Below, piece after piece: positions 50,001 through 58,445 of a DNA stretch of 64,000 nt (its first letter is position 1; each line of letters opens with the position of its first letter). The notes below the pieces were generated by a model that was given only the letters and a program-made list of their open reading frames with translations, made no database searches and had not been told where the DNA came from. Source of the stretch: a virus (taxonomy: Duplodnaviria; Caudoviricetes); the IMG/VR virus record IMGVR_UViG_3300032030_000074, positions 3,916 through 67,915 of that record; one strand, written 5' to 3'. A program made the position numbers and the translations under genes.

Positions 50001-52256
50001 CCAGCACAACCGGCGGCACCTGCACCAATGCCGACACCTACACCTGCCGAAACACCTAATCTTGATACTTCGTCATTTACGGCGCAAATGCAAGCATTAG
50101 GCGCGGCGGCAGAGCAACCTGCACAAACTTTACCGCAAATCGGTCAAGGTGCGGAGCAAGTCAATCAATCACTTACAAATTTTTCAACGGCGGTTCAACC
50201 TGCTCAAGAATCAATAGCGCAACTTCCGCAAGCAATTCAACCCGTTCAAGACGCCTTAGCAAACTTCCCAGCGGCGATTGAACCTGCGACAACGGCGTTG
50301 CAAAATGTAGCTACGACAATCGAGCCGGTAAACGCAGGATTAACGGCATTGACGTCGGCAGTCACGGCTGAAACAACGGCGGTCACTGCACATACAGCGG
50401 CATTGACAGCAAACACGGCGCAAGTTACGGCGTCGACTTCGGCTTTACAAGCCTTCATTGCGGCGTTGCAAGCTACACTCGGAGCATTGCAAGCGTTCAC
50501 GGCGGCATTGCAAGCTACAATCAGCGGCTTAACGGCATTGGCGTCGGCAAGTTCAAGCGCGGCGACAAGCGTAGCGTCGTTAGGCTCAGCGGCAAGCAGT
50601 GCGGCAAGCGCAATGTCAAGCGCGGCGTCAAGTATAGCGTCAGCGGCAAGCAGTGCGGCAAGTGCGGCGGCAAGTGCAAGCGCGGCGGCGGCGTCTGCAG
50701 GAGCGAGTAAACCTGCGGCAAACTACAAAGGCGGCATTTACAACAAAGGCGCATTTCTTACGTGGTTTGCAGAGCGATCACCGGAGGCGGCAATTCCGCT
50801 TGATAAATCTGCACGCGCAATAAATTTGTGGACGCAAGCAGGTCAAATGTTAGGCGTCTTGCCTTCCGACAGTCCCGTTAATACAACGGCGGAGAAAATA
50901 CCGCGTGACAATACGCAACGCGCGATATTAACCTTTCAGAAATCGAAAGAGATAAAAGCACGGAAAATTTACAATTCTGTAGTAAATCAATCGGCGACGG
51001 AAAATTACAATACGTCGGCAGTACAAAATACGGCGTTGAGTAATGTCACGTCGACAGTTGAACGAATCAGCAATGTACAAAGGCGGGTTCAAAACTTACA
51101 AGCGGCGCAATTTGATGAATTAGGTAACATAATCGGATTGAACGGCGCGGCAGGTAACGTAATAACGCAGTACGACAGCGAACAGGTCAAGCACGTCAAG
51201 CAGGAACTACAGCTGAAAGAATTTGCCGAAAAGCAGGACGGCACGTCTAGCCTTGCACGGTATTTGGATAAATTCCGCAACTTAATCAGCAAAGTACGCG
51301 AAACCATACAGCCGGCATCGCAACCAGCTGAAAAAATTCCCGCGCCGACAATTTTGTTTGAAAGTCAGCGTTGGCGGTCTGAATCACCTACGCGCGAAAA
51401 GACGCTTGACCGAGTTGCCAACAGTCGAAGTTATCAAGCTATCGTAAATGCACAGCGTCAATCGGTAGTAAATTCGCACCGAAATATGACGCGGCAGAAT
51501 ACGCGGACGTCGATTTTAAATGCACCTGCCGAGTTGCAAACTACCCTGCCTACAGACAGATACAAAAATCTGAATATCGGCGGTTTTAATCTGCGTGATA
51601 TCCCGTTTGTAGGTGACATTTTCGGCAAGGCGAATGACGCATTGCGCGGCATTTTCGGCAAGCAACCCGTTGACATATTCAGCGGCATTGGCAAAAGTGT
51701 AGATTATGAGATTATGCACCCGCGCGGCACATTTCCTACCCTTCCGGCGGAAACACAACCGCAGGGCAATTTGCCTACAGATATTTTTAAAAATGTCGGT
51801 GGCGTAAATTTAGATAATGTACCGATAATCGGCGGCTTGATTGGCAAGGCGAATGACGCATTACGCGGCATTTTCGGCAAGCAACCCGTTGACGTTATCA
51901 GCGACATTACAGGCGGCGCGAAGGCTCAGGCAAGTTATGACATAATGCATCCTACAGGTACATTTCCGACATTGCAGAGTAATTCGGCACCAATGCTTGA
52001 CAGGATACAAAACCTGCAGTCAAGCGTGACAGATAATCGGCTGGAAGATGTTAAGACGTACGAAGGCGGCACGTCCAATGATTATTCAGCGGCGGCATTT
52101 CAGCCGACTTTTAATATAACGGTTACTATCACCGGTAGCGGCGAGCAAGTCGACACAAAAAAAATCGGCGAGCAGATCGCCTATTCGGCGTGTGAAAGTT
52201 TTGAAAGGAAGTACAATAACTTTATGCGTGAAAAATCAAGGAGGGGTTTTGCGTGA
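47031..52256 (+). CDS. tape measure protein (TP901-type core) with long C-terminal extension
   Basis: FEHAMSRVKAL, LGATTKFTAIQAAEAM, AGIKGSMAGTSLR; Ala-rich helical. Confidence 0.92.
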   Translation: MARTYEVAFRISGALNGQFAAAMQAAQNAMRGLSTAAQQVNAAMAGSAGTLSRYLNSLNQMAAQSKKFADLKAAIPQTQSALTAELAKMGQLATAYRQQKAQVDAMRAAYQQLKAKQADLKKSYTDEQNKLRGLQALKQQYKRELAENEARPHNLEQIQKAVRLESQIKSTTAAIEQQRQKIREAKSVYDTLTSAMKGSSAELRAAESALKQLGSNFDSSKAKVTELMNTLRRQKSELAGLKSSLSAAGFSTDHFISSEMRLRSEIAATTAAIERQRQAAASLSAAQNNLNAASSNFSEAQSAFNSVQQAVDVVAAPIQKSVETAMTFEHAMSRVKALTQSQNIREGKTDVVEKEFAALEKQALDLGATTKFTAIQAAEAMSFLGLAGWKTNQILGTMPGMLDLAAAAGADLAQTADIVSDNMTAMGVPVKDAPHFMDVYAYALTNSNARLTDFGETMKYAAPVAKAFGSSLDETAAMVMMMANAGIKGSMAGTSLRMGLLRLAGPPKTATKEMEKLGLSLSDAQAGALEAQAVIEGLGIDLKGATSPAEKMTRVIMQLHEKTKNLSQDEKLAAFKGIFGVNAETGWLALFDQGPDVFLKYVEGLRNADGYARQVATTMMDDTQGAITILKSAMESAYLAVGKALNPAIRAAAEAVTPLISAFTQWANANPRVVQGIVGIIAALSALALAVTGVAVAFAAWSFITAQFAMFQAGLAAVRAGMIATEVASLGMAGRIGAAFATIQATLAGLTFSGIAASVSAAFTKIGAAIMTAARASLAFIATPLGLFLTALAAAAYVIYENWDRIAPAISQVGAAISSALDAASQAVSGLMTALGPIGDAISQAFGDILGIWEIEGFTDGIVAAFLGIVNIVAGVGVSIINIFTATVQTVTALIEGLKDTFSGLGEFISAVLTFDFDKMGDSAILLQSKIDKAWRGIDFEKADFGYDISGNFRQQYAAYKRAPITQPFQSAAENQGALSNAAALFQPAQPAQPAAPAPMPTPTPAETPNLDTSSFTAQMQALGAAAEQPAQTLPQIGQGAEQVNQSLTNFSTAVQPAQESIAQLPQAIQPVQDALANFPAAIEPATTALQNVATTIEPVNAGLTALTSAVTAETTAVTAHTAALTANTAQVTASTSALQAFIAALQATLGALQAFTAALQATISGLTALASASSSAATSVASLGSAASSAASAMSSAASSIASAASSAASAAASASAAAASAGASKPAANYKGGIYNKGAFLTWFAERSPEAAIPLDKSARAINLWTQAGQMLGVLPSDSPVNTTAEKIPRDNTQRAILTFQKSKEIKARKIYNSVVNQSATENYNTSAVQNTALSNVTSTVERISNVQRRVQNLQAAQFDELGNIIGLNGAAGNVITQYDSEQVKHVKQELQLKEFAEKQDGTSSLARYLDKFRNLISKVRETIQPASQPAEKIPAPTILFESQRWRSESPTREKTLDRVANSRSYQAIVNAQRQSVVNSHRNMTRQNTRTSILNAPAELQTTLPTDRYKNLNIGGFNLRDIPFVGDIFGKANDALRGIFGKQPVDIFSGIGKSVDYEIMHPRGTFPTLPAETQPQGNLPTDIFKNVGGVNLDNVPIIGGLIGKANDALRGIFGKQPVDVISDITGGAKAQASYDIMHPTGTFPTLQSNSAPMLDRIQNLQSSVTDNRLEDVKTYEGGTSNDYSAAAFQPTFNITVTITGSGEQVDTKKIGEQIAYSACESFERKYNNFMREKSRRGFA

Positions 52257-52450
52257 CGTATACGACGCAGAGCGGCGACACGTGGGACGTGATTGCGCAT
52301 AAGACGCTGGGCGATAGTCGCTACACCGAAGATTTAATCAATGCCAACAGGCAATATATCACGACATTTATTTTTTCAGCGGGTGTGAAATTGGAAATAC
52401 CCGCGATTAGTAAAACTAAAACAAAAACGCTCCCGCCGTGGAAGCGTTAA
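52253..52450 (+). CDS. tail protein X (P2 gpX-like)
   Basis: YTTQSGDTWDVIA...LINAN...FSAGVKLEIP...LPPWKR. Confidence 0.88.
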   Translation: MTYTTQSGDTWDVIAHKTLGDSRYTEDLINANRQYITTFIFSAGVKLEIPAISKTKTKTLPPWKR

Positions 52451-52471
52451 TTTTTTTTGGAGGTATGAAAA

Positions 52472-52750
52472 ATGTTAGGTTCAATCAAATTTGAAAATAT
52501 CACCGATTTAACAAAATTGCCGCAAAAACCCGCAACGGCACTTTCGGTGCTTGAAAGTCCTATTGCAGGTGCAGGATACAAAGGTTTAATGTACGTCGGC
52601 AAGCAAACAGTGAAAGGCGTCAATTATTGGTTTATCGCGCACCAAACCTTGACATTGAGAGAGCCGGAAGAGCATATTGTAAAAATTGCGGTGAATGACT
52701 TCAAAGGCAAAATGAAAATTGCGGCAGGATCAATCGAACGAATTTTTTAA
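52472..52750 (+). CDS. hypothetical protein
   Basis: RBS ggagg; 92 aa. Confidence 0.6.
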   Translation: MLGSIKFENITDLTKLPQKPATALSVLESPIAGAGYKGLMYVGKQTVKGVNYWFIAHQTLTLREPEEHIVKIAVNDFKGKMKIAAGSIERIF

Positions 52751-53460
52751 GATTTATTTCGCGAACGACTATGTTTTTGTGCGCAGTTGCGACTACAATA
52801 AATTTTGCGGTTATTGCTAGTTAAAAATTTATTACCACACTGCGCACAAACTTTTTCTTTCACGGCAACTTTGTCCCGCCACATTTTATTCGCGCATTCG
52901 AGAGAGCAGGTTTGAGTTTTGGCGTCTGAACGAACTCGGAATCTTTTGTTGCAAATAGCACAATGCCTATATTCATAATGGCGGTGACCTATATCTCTAC
53001 ATTCTTTTGAACAATAAGAATTTTGGCGAGTGTTGGTAGTTGAAAAAGTTTTGCCACATTGTTTGCAGGTAAAAATGCGCGGTGTGTCATAAGTGACGGC
53101 GGCATTACCTTGAGGTTTGTGAATTTTTTGGTGTTCAGAACGTGTGACTAAAAGCAAGTTAGAAATATCATTGTTAGCTTTATTTCTGTCGATATGATGA
53201 ATATCATAACCGGAAGGAATTTCGCCGTAATAATATGTGTAAACGGCGCGGTGAATGTGAAAAGTAGCACGGTAATGCCCTTGTACGTCAGAAAAATAAT
53301 TAATACCGTTAAATTTTTGATGAGTATCGTCAACGACTTCAACGGTCGGCGGCGCGGTTAAATCGCGCTCCAAAACGGCAATGCGGTGACGTTCAAAGTC
53401 ATTTTCGGCGTTGTCTTTGAGAGTTTGCAGAGCCGCTTGAATTTCAGGGGTAAATTTCAT
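52747..53460 (-). CDS. HNH endonuclease B with three Cys4 repeats, antisense insertion
   Basis: IHRAVY..YGEIP...DIHHIDRNKANNDISNL...EHQKIH; three CxxC...CSxxC units. Confidence 0.88.
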   Translation of the reverse strand: MKFTPEIQAALQTLKDNAENDFERHRIAVLERDLTAPPTVEVVDDTHQKFNGINYFSDVQGHYRATFHIHRAVYTYYYGEIPSGYDIHHIDRNKANNDISNLLLVTRSEHQKIHKPQGNAAVTYDTPRIFTCKQCGKTFSTTNTRQNSYCSKECRDIGHRHYEYRHCAICNKRFRVRSDAKTQTCSLECANKMWRDKVAVKEKVCAQCGNKFLTSNNRKIYCSRNCAQKHSRSRNKS

Positions 53461-53476
53461 ATGAATCAATCCTTTC

Positions 53477-53610
53477 TTGACTTTAGCCCGCAGGATTGAT
53501 AAAATAAAAATACAAAATTCCTGCGGGATTGTCTATTGGTTACACGGCAATTTTACCACAGGGATTTTTGCTTTTCAAGAAAAAATATTTGGCGCCGAAA
53601 GGCGCTTTTT
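53477..53610. promoter_or_regulatory. convergent-promoter cassette B
   Basis: Plus TTGACT(53477)-17-TGnTAAAAT(53500); minus TTGAAA(53578)-17-TGGTAAAAT(53555-50); terminator GCGCC-GAAA-GGCGC-T5. Confidence 0.8.
53511..53610 (+). ncRNA. predicted ~100 nt antisense sRNA B
   Basis: Stem AAAAUUCCUG/CAGGGAUUUU with inner AUUGUC/GGCAAU; same layout as sRNA A. Confidence 0.6.
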
Positions 53611-53623
53611 GTTTGGTAATTTT

Positions 53624-54643
53624 ATGAAAGCAAGAAATATAAGAGTTGAAATAGAAGTCAACGGCAAAAATATCACGGACGAGATAAGCACTTACGTTAA
53701 ATCCGTTTCCTATACTGATGTTTTGGACGGAGAGGCGGATACTGCCGAAATTTTACTTCAAGATGCCAATAGAATTTGGTGTGAAGATTGGTTCCCGCAA
53801 CGCGGCGACACGGTTAAAATTACTTTGATTCGTCAAAATTGGAATGGCGAAGAAGTAGAAATATTGCCTTTGGATTTTTGGGAAATTGACGAATGTGAAA
53901 ACGATTACAGCTACGGCGGCGGCAATGAATGCAAAGTCAAGCTTAATTCCATTCCCAATAACACGGGACTTCGTAGCATTGATGAAAGTCACAGTTGGGA
54001 AAAAGTCAAGCTGTCTAAAATCGCAGGTGACATTGCGGCAGAGGCGGGCTTAACTTTATTTTACGATACAAAAGAGGATCCCGAGATAGCACGCGCCGAG
54101 CAGTCGGAGTTATCCAATTTGGCTTTTTTGCAGAAATTATGCAAAGACAAGGGCTTAGCTTTAAAGGCGTCGGATCGTAAATTAATTATCTTTGACGAAG
54201 AAAAGTACGAAGGGCAAACGCCGATTGTTACTTTGCACTACGGCACGGACGCCATTAAACATTTTGGCGGTAAAGCCACGATATCTAAAATTTATAAATC
54301 CTGCAAAGTCGAATACAAGCACGGCAAGAAGTCAGAGGAAATTTCCGCCGAATATACCGACCCCAGCAAGAAAGACGGAATGACGCTTAAAATCAATCAA
54401 AAAGTGGAGACTAAGGCAGAGGCTGAAAAGCTTGCCAAGAAAAAATTGCGCGAAAAAAATAAAGAGGAAATTAAAATCTCATTGACGCTTGTCGGCAACT
54501 TTGTATATCTCAGCGGCAACGTCATAGAGTTTGCAGGTCACGGCTTTTACGACGGAAATTATATTATCGAAAAGGCTACGCACAAAGTAGGAAACGGTTA
54601 TGAAGTGTCAGTGGACTTGCGTAAATGTTTATCCGGCTATTAG
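53624..54643 (+). CDS. baseplate hub, P2 gpD/late control D family
   Basis: VSYTD..DGEADT..I.L; QSELSNLAFLQKLC; YIIEKATH. Confidence 0.9.
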   Translation: MKARNIRVEIEVNGKNITDEISTYVKSVSYTDVLDGEADTAEILLQDANRIWCEDWFPQRGDTVKITLIRQNWNGEEVEILPLDFWEIDECENDYSYGGGNECKVKLNSIPNNTGLRSIDESHSWEKVKLSKIAGDIAAEAGLTLFYDTKEDPEIARAEQSELSNLAFLQKLCKDKGLALKASDRKLIIFDEEKYEGQTPIVTLHYGTDAIKHFGGKATISKIYKSCKVEYKHGKKSEEISAEYTDPSKKDGMTLKINQKVETKAEAEKLAKKKLREKNKEEIKISLTLVGNFVYLSGNVIEFAGHGFYDGNYIIEKATHKVGNGYEVSVDLRKCLSGY

Positions 54644-54655
54644 TAGGTGATTGGT

Positions 54656-55111
54656 ATGGAAGGCGAGGCACGCGACTTAGTCAAGGAAGGAATTGTAAGT
54701 GAAGTTTATCCGGCGCGACATTCGGCGCGGGTGACTTTTGAAGATAAAGACAACGTAGTAAGCGCCGAGTTGCCGATTATAACTTTATGGGCGCTGGAAA
54801 ATAAGGCGTATGCACTCCCCGACATTGGAGAAACGGTTTTGTGTATTTTTGCGACGAACGCAGATACAACGGGCGAAGGTTGGATAATCGGCAGTAGGTT
54901 TCACGACAAAAGTAAACCGAATGCCAATGCGCAGGACGTAACACGAATTGATTTTAAAGACGGCACGTCGGTAGAGTATAACCGCAAGCAACACGCGCTA
55001 AAAGTGGAGTGCAAAGGCACGCTGGAAATTAAATGCGACAAAGAAATTTCAATCGTCAGTGAAGAAAATATGATTCTGAAAGGGAAGAATATCTTTATCA
55101 ATGAAGGGTAG
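54656..55111 (+). CDS. baseplate spike, gpV-like
   Basis: GIVSEV..ARVTF..VSAELP..LPDIGETVLC..F.DGTSVEYNR. Confidence 0.88.
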   Translation: MEGEARDLVKEGIVSEVYPARHSARVTFEDKDNVVSAELPIITLWALENKAYALPDIGETVLCIFATNADTTGEGWIIGSRFHDKSKPNANAQDVTRIDFKDGTSVEYNRKQHALKVECKGTLEIKCDKEISIVSEENMILKGKNIFINEG

Positions 55112-55120
55112 GTGACAGAA

Positions 55121-55444
55121 ATGCCTGCGGCAACACGAGTAGATGACGGGACGACGGGAACTTGTGATTTAGGCATACCGGACTGTTGTCCACACGGACG
55201 AACGGGAAACAACACGGAAGGAAGTCCAAACGTTTTTATAAATGGAAAACCCGCGCACCGATTAGGTGACACGGGCTCAATAGCCTGTCCTCATGGAGGC
55301 ACTTTTGTTTCAAACAGCGGGTCAAGTACAGTTTTTATAAACGGCAAACCTGCGACACGAATTGAAGATAGTACAGCTTGCGTCGGTTGCGGAATGGCAG
55401 GTCACCACATAAACGGATCGCCGAATGTTTTTATAGGCGGGTGA
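55121..55444 (+). CDS. PAAR-domain spike tip
   Basis: PAATRVDD, GSPNVFINGKPAHRLGD, TVFINGKPATRIED. Confidence 0.9.
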   Translation: MPAATRVDDGTTGTCDLGIPDCCPHGRTGNNTEGSPNVFINGKPAHRLGDTGSIACPHGGTFVSNSGSSTVFINGKPATRIEDSTACVGCGMAGHHINGSPNVFIGG

Positions 55445-55448
55445 TAGT

Positions 55449-55853
55449 ATGGTAATTGGAGCCTTCGGCGAAATGGTTTTTGAAGTATCGGCGCGGCGCG
55501 TGATAACCTTTGACAACTACAAGCGCAAGACGAAGGCTAAATACGCTACGCACGAAATAATTGGACGTCCGCCGGTTTTAGAATTTACAGGGCGGGAACT
55601 TGAGGAAATTACCTTGACTATAACGCTGATATCTTGCTTAGGCGTCACGCCGGAAGAAGAGGCATTGAAGTTGCGTGAAATGTGTCAACGCGGCGAGCCT
55701 AACTTTTTAATCATCGGCAACACGGTTTACGGCGAAAACGAATTTGTGATTGACGACGTGCAAGAATCAGTGTTGCATTGGACAGGCGGCGGTAACGTCT
55801 TGACGAACAAATTGGACGTAACTTTTAAGGAGTATGTCCCGACAGGCGATTAG
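55449..55853 (+). CDS. gpU-like tail protein
   Basis: IGAFGEMVFEV..YATHEIIG..PVLEFTG. Confidence 0.88.
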   Translation: MVIGAFGEMVFEVSARRVITFDNYKRKTKAKYATHEIIGRPPVLEFTGRELEEITLTITLISCLGVTPEEEALKLREMCQRGEPNFLIIGNTVYGENEFVIDDVQESVLHWTGGGNVLTNKLDVTFKEYVPTGD

Positions 55854-56080
55854 TCTCTTGATTTTAAGATAACATCAAAACCCAGAATATCACCTAACTG
55901 TTTTAACTCGTCATAGCGAATCGCGCCGCAAACTAATTTGCGCGAAAATGAAGGTTGATTGTATTTTGTACCGTAACGTTTATTAAATTCGTCACGCAAT
56001 GCCTTTTGAGTATAACCGCGCAATTTGGCAAATCTCATAATCAATTCGCCGATTGTCAATTCTGTATTTATATCAGACAT
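55850..56080 (-). CDS. small XRE-like HTH repressor
   Basis: GYTQKALRDEF...FSRKL...YDELKQLGDILG; RBS ggagga. Confidence 0.7.
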   Translation of the reverse strand: MSDINTELTIGELIMRFAKLRGYTQKALRDEFNKRYGTKYNQPSFSRKLVCGAIRYDELKQLGDILGFDVILKSRD

Positions 56081-56103
56081 TTCAAATCCTCCTTTCTCAA
56101 AAA

Positions 56104-56209
56104 ATTTTATACCTTATAAAGGTATATGTCAATAAAAAAAGGCAAAAAATATCTTTTAAAGGTATTGACATTATGCTTTTTTGTGGTATTATATGCCTAT
56201 AAAAGATAT
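56104..56209. promoter_or_regulatory. second divergent switch with three 17 bp operators
   Basis: ATACCTTATAAAGGTAT (56109), ATATCTTTTAAAGGTAT (56149), ATGCCTATAAAAGATAT (56193); minus TTGACA-17-TAAAAT; plus TTGACA-16-TGnTATTAT. Confidence 0.8.
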
Positions 56210-56241
56210 TAACCGCTTGAAATTCTAAGGAGGAAACAAAA

Positions 56242-57813
56242 ATGATGAAGGTTAGCAAGGCGAAGTTGGAGGCGTACGAAAAAGCTCTCCACGCTGAAAA
56301 CAACTGCGTTATGCTTTACATGGTCGGCAATCGCAAGCAGTTTGATGTTTACGGCACGTATTACGTGAAACGCAAAGTAAACTGCGCACGCGGAGTGAAG
56401 GTGTACAAAGACGTTAAAACGGTTGGTTGGCACAAGGTTAGCCAAAAGGACGTTGCCGAGATTCTCAAAAACTACGGCTTGACGGTTGATGAATTTGTTG
56501 CTATCGCGAACGGCGAATACGAGGAAGAAACGGCAGAAGTTGAAAACGTCACGACGAACGAAGAAGTTACCGCCGAAGTTAAGGAGGAAACAGAAATGCA
56601 AGAGGTTAAGGTACAGGAGGCAAGCGCTACTACCGAAATTAAAAAGTTTGAAGTCGGCAAAATTTATTTTCCGTGTGTCCGCTTTGAAAAGCCTAGAATC
56701 AAAATCACGAAACGCACTGCCAAAACGGTACACTACAAAATCGAACGCTTTAATGACGAATTTGACTGCGAGACAAGAGCAAATATCTCTATTTTTGACG
56801 GCAGTGAACACTTTTATAGCGAATATTTAAATCGTAGCTACTATGCCCTTGACGAAGAGGACACAGCGGTTGAAACCGAAAACACCGTGAATGCAGAAGA
56901 CAGCTCGACGGTTAAGGCGGCAAAAGAAGAGTTAATCTACGTCAACAATCAGATTAAAGGCGTTCAGCGTGACATTGAATACTACGTCGAGCAGATAAAA
57001 GAATATATCGGCTGTATCGCTAAGTGCGAAAACTTTATCAGCAATTACGGCGTTAACCTTTATGACCTGCAAAATAAGGCGGCGGCGTTGGAAAATGAAA
57101 TTGCCAACCGTAAGATTGTTGACGCGATTGACGATATCGGCGGCAGTGCAGACGCAGTAGACGCAAGCGTTGCGGCAATGATTGAACTTAACGCGGCGAA
57201 CTTCACGACGGCTAATTTGCTTGACGCGGTAAATGCGCAGGTAGGTACGGCGGTTGAAAATATCCCCGTAAAGTTTGAAATTCAAAATTTTGCGGCGGAC
57301 GCAGTAACGGCGAACGACGTAGCGACGATTGACACGGCAGTTAGCGGCACTGTGATTGAACCGGCTGATGAAGACGACGTTAAGACGCAAGCGTATTTGG
57401 CGGAGATTGCAGACATTGACGCGCAAATTGCGGCATTGCAAGCTAAACGCGCCGAAAAAGAAACGGAATTACTGAATCTCCTTGAAGGCGTCACGGCTTG
57501 GGCGTACGATAAAATTAAAGCCGTTACCAGTCTTGATTCAAGGTATTTAGAGATTATTGCGCCTGCCAGATCAACAATTTTTAGAAACGACTTCGACGAA
57601 TTGTACTTCGATTGTTTCAAAGACGGGGGATTTCAAATTTCAAAATATCTTCATAGACTTGTAACATACAGCACGGCGAAACAATTTAAAGCAGTAATTC
57701 GTGACCTTGTAGCGGCGATTGAACGCGGCGACAAAACCTTCGCCTTCCCTGCGGATATCCCGCCGATTGCCGAAGTTGCCGACAGCGACACCGAAACCCA
57801 AAAGGCAATTTGA
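56242..57813 (+). CDS. large acidic hypothetical protein
   Basis: RBS aaggagg; 523 aa; coiled-coil segments; FEVGKIY...ITKRTAKTV module. Confidence 0.75.
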   Translation: MMKVSKAKLEAYEKALHAENNCVMLYMVGNRKQFDVYGTYYVKRKVNCARGVKVYKDVKTVGWHKVSQKDVAEILKNYGLTVDEFVAIANGEYEEETAEVENVTTNEEVTAEVKEETEMQEVKVQEASATTEIKKFEVGKIYFPCVRFEKPRIKITKRTAKTVHYKIERFNDEFDCETRANISIFDGSEHFYSEYLNRSYYALDEEDTAVETENTVNAEDSSTVKAAKEELIYVNNQIKGVQRDIEYYVEQIKEYIGCIAKCENFISNYGVNLYDLQNKAAALENEIANRKIVDAIDDIGGSADAVDASVAAMIELNAANFTTANLLDAVNAQVGTAVENIPVKFEIQNFAADAVTANDVATIDTAVSGTVIEPADEDDVKTQAYLAEIADIDAQIAALQAKRAEKETELLNLLEGVTAWAYDKIKAVTSLDSRYLEIIAPARSTIFRNDFDELYFDCFKDGGFQISKYLHRLVTYSTAKQFKAVIRDLVAAIERGDKTFAFPADIPPIAEVADSDTETQKAI

Positions 57814-57973
57814 CTTTTGGAAAAGCAATTCAGAAAGGCTTGTAGACTTCGCAAAACGCCCGTAGACGCGCGATAGACGGGTTGACATACAAAGACTACT
57901 AGGCGACACCGAAAACGGCTTAAAACGGCAATGACAATTAATCACTAAAGAAGTTACGTAACAAATACCCAAC

Positions 57974-58007
57974 AAAAAAGGCGGCTTGTGGAGAGTCGCC
58001 TTTTTTG
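57974..58007. terminator. bidirectional intrinsic terminator
   Basis: AAAAAAGGCGGCTT...GAGTCGCCTTTTTT. Confidence 0.75.
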
Positions 58008-58082
58008 CTTTAATGAAATTAATCCATTAAAGAAGTTGGGTAGATTATAGCATAGTTCGGCAGAAAGGCAAGGGCGGCAAAA

Positions 58083-58445
58083 GTGATTCGTGTTACTACA
58101 GATTTAGCGGAAATAAATTTAATGCCGGTGACGGAGCTTGAAGAAGTCATTCAGAATGTCAAGACAATTCTTATGACGGTAAAAGGCGAAGTCCCGCTCG
58201 ATAGAGATTTTGGCACCGACAGAAAAATTTTAGACTTGCCGATATCGGTAGTGACGGCAAAAATCACGGCGGCTATTGTGGAGGCAGTAAACAAATTTGA
58301 ACCCCGCGCACGTGTTACACGTGTCACGTACGAACAAACGCAGGAAGAAACATTGGACGGCATATTAAAGCCGGTCGCAGAAATTGAATTGGTGCAAGAC
58401 AAATTGCGCGGGTATGTTTTGATAGAGGACGGAAATGGAGCTTAA
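58083..58445 (+). CDS. baseplate wedge gpW/gp25-like
   Basis: EVIQNVKTIL.T.KGEVPLDRDFG...FEPRARV. Confidence 0.9.
   Translation: MIRVTTDLAEINLMPVTELEEVIQNVKTILMTVKGEVPLDRDFGTDRKILDLPISVVTAKITAAIVEAVNKFEPRARVTRVTYEQTQEETLDGILKPVAEIELVQDKLRGYVLIEDGNGA

Noticed and set aside
50520-50710. gcggcaag/gcggcg low-complexity tract
   Set aside because: It is explained by the Ala/Ser run of the tape measure protein.
42672-53610. HNH genes as IscB/Cas9-like RNA-guided nucleases
   Set aside because: Both are about 215-240 aa with no RuvC or bridge helix, and the RNA has no evident variable guide, so antisense control is the simpler reading.
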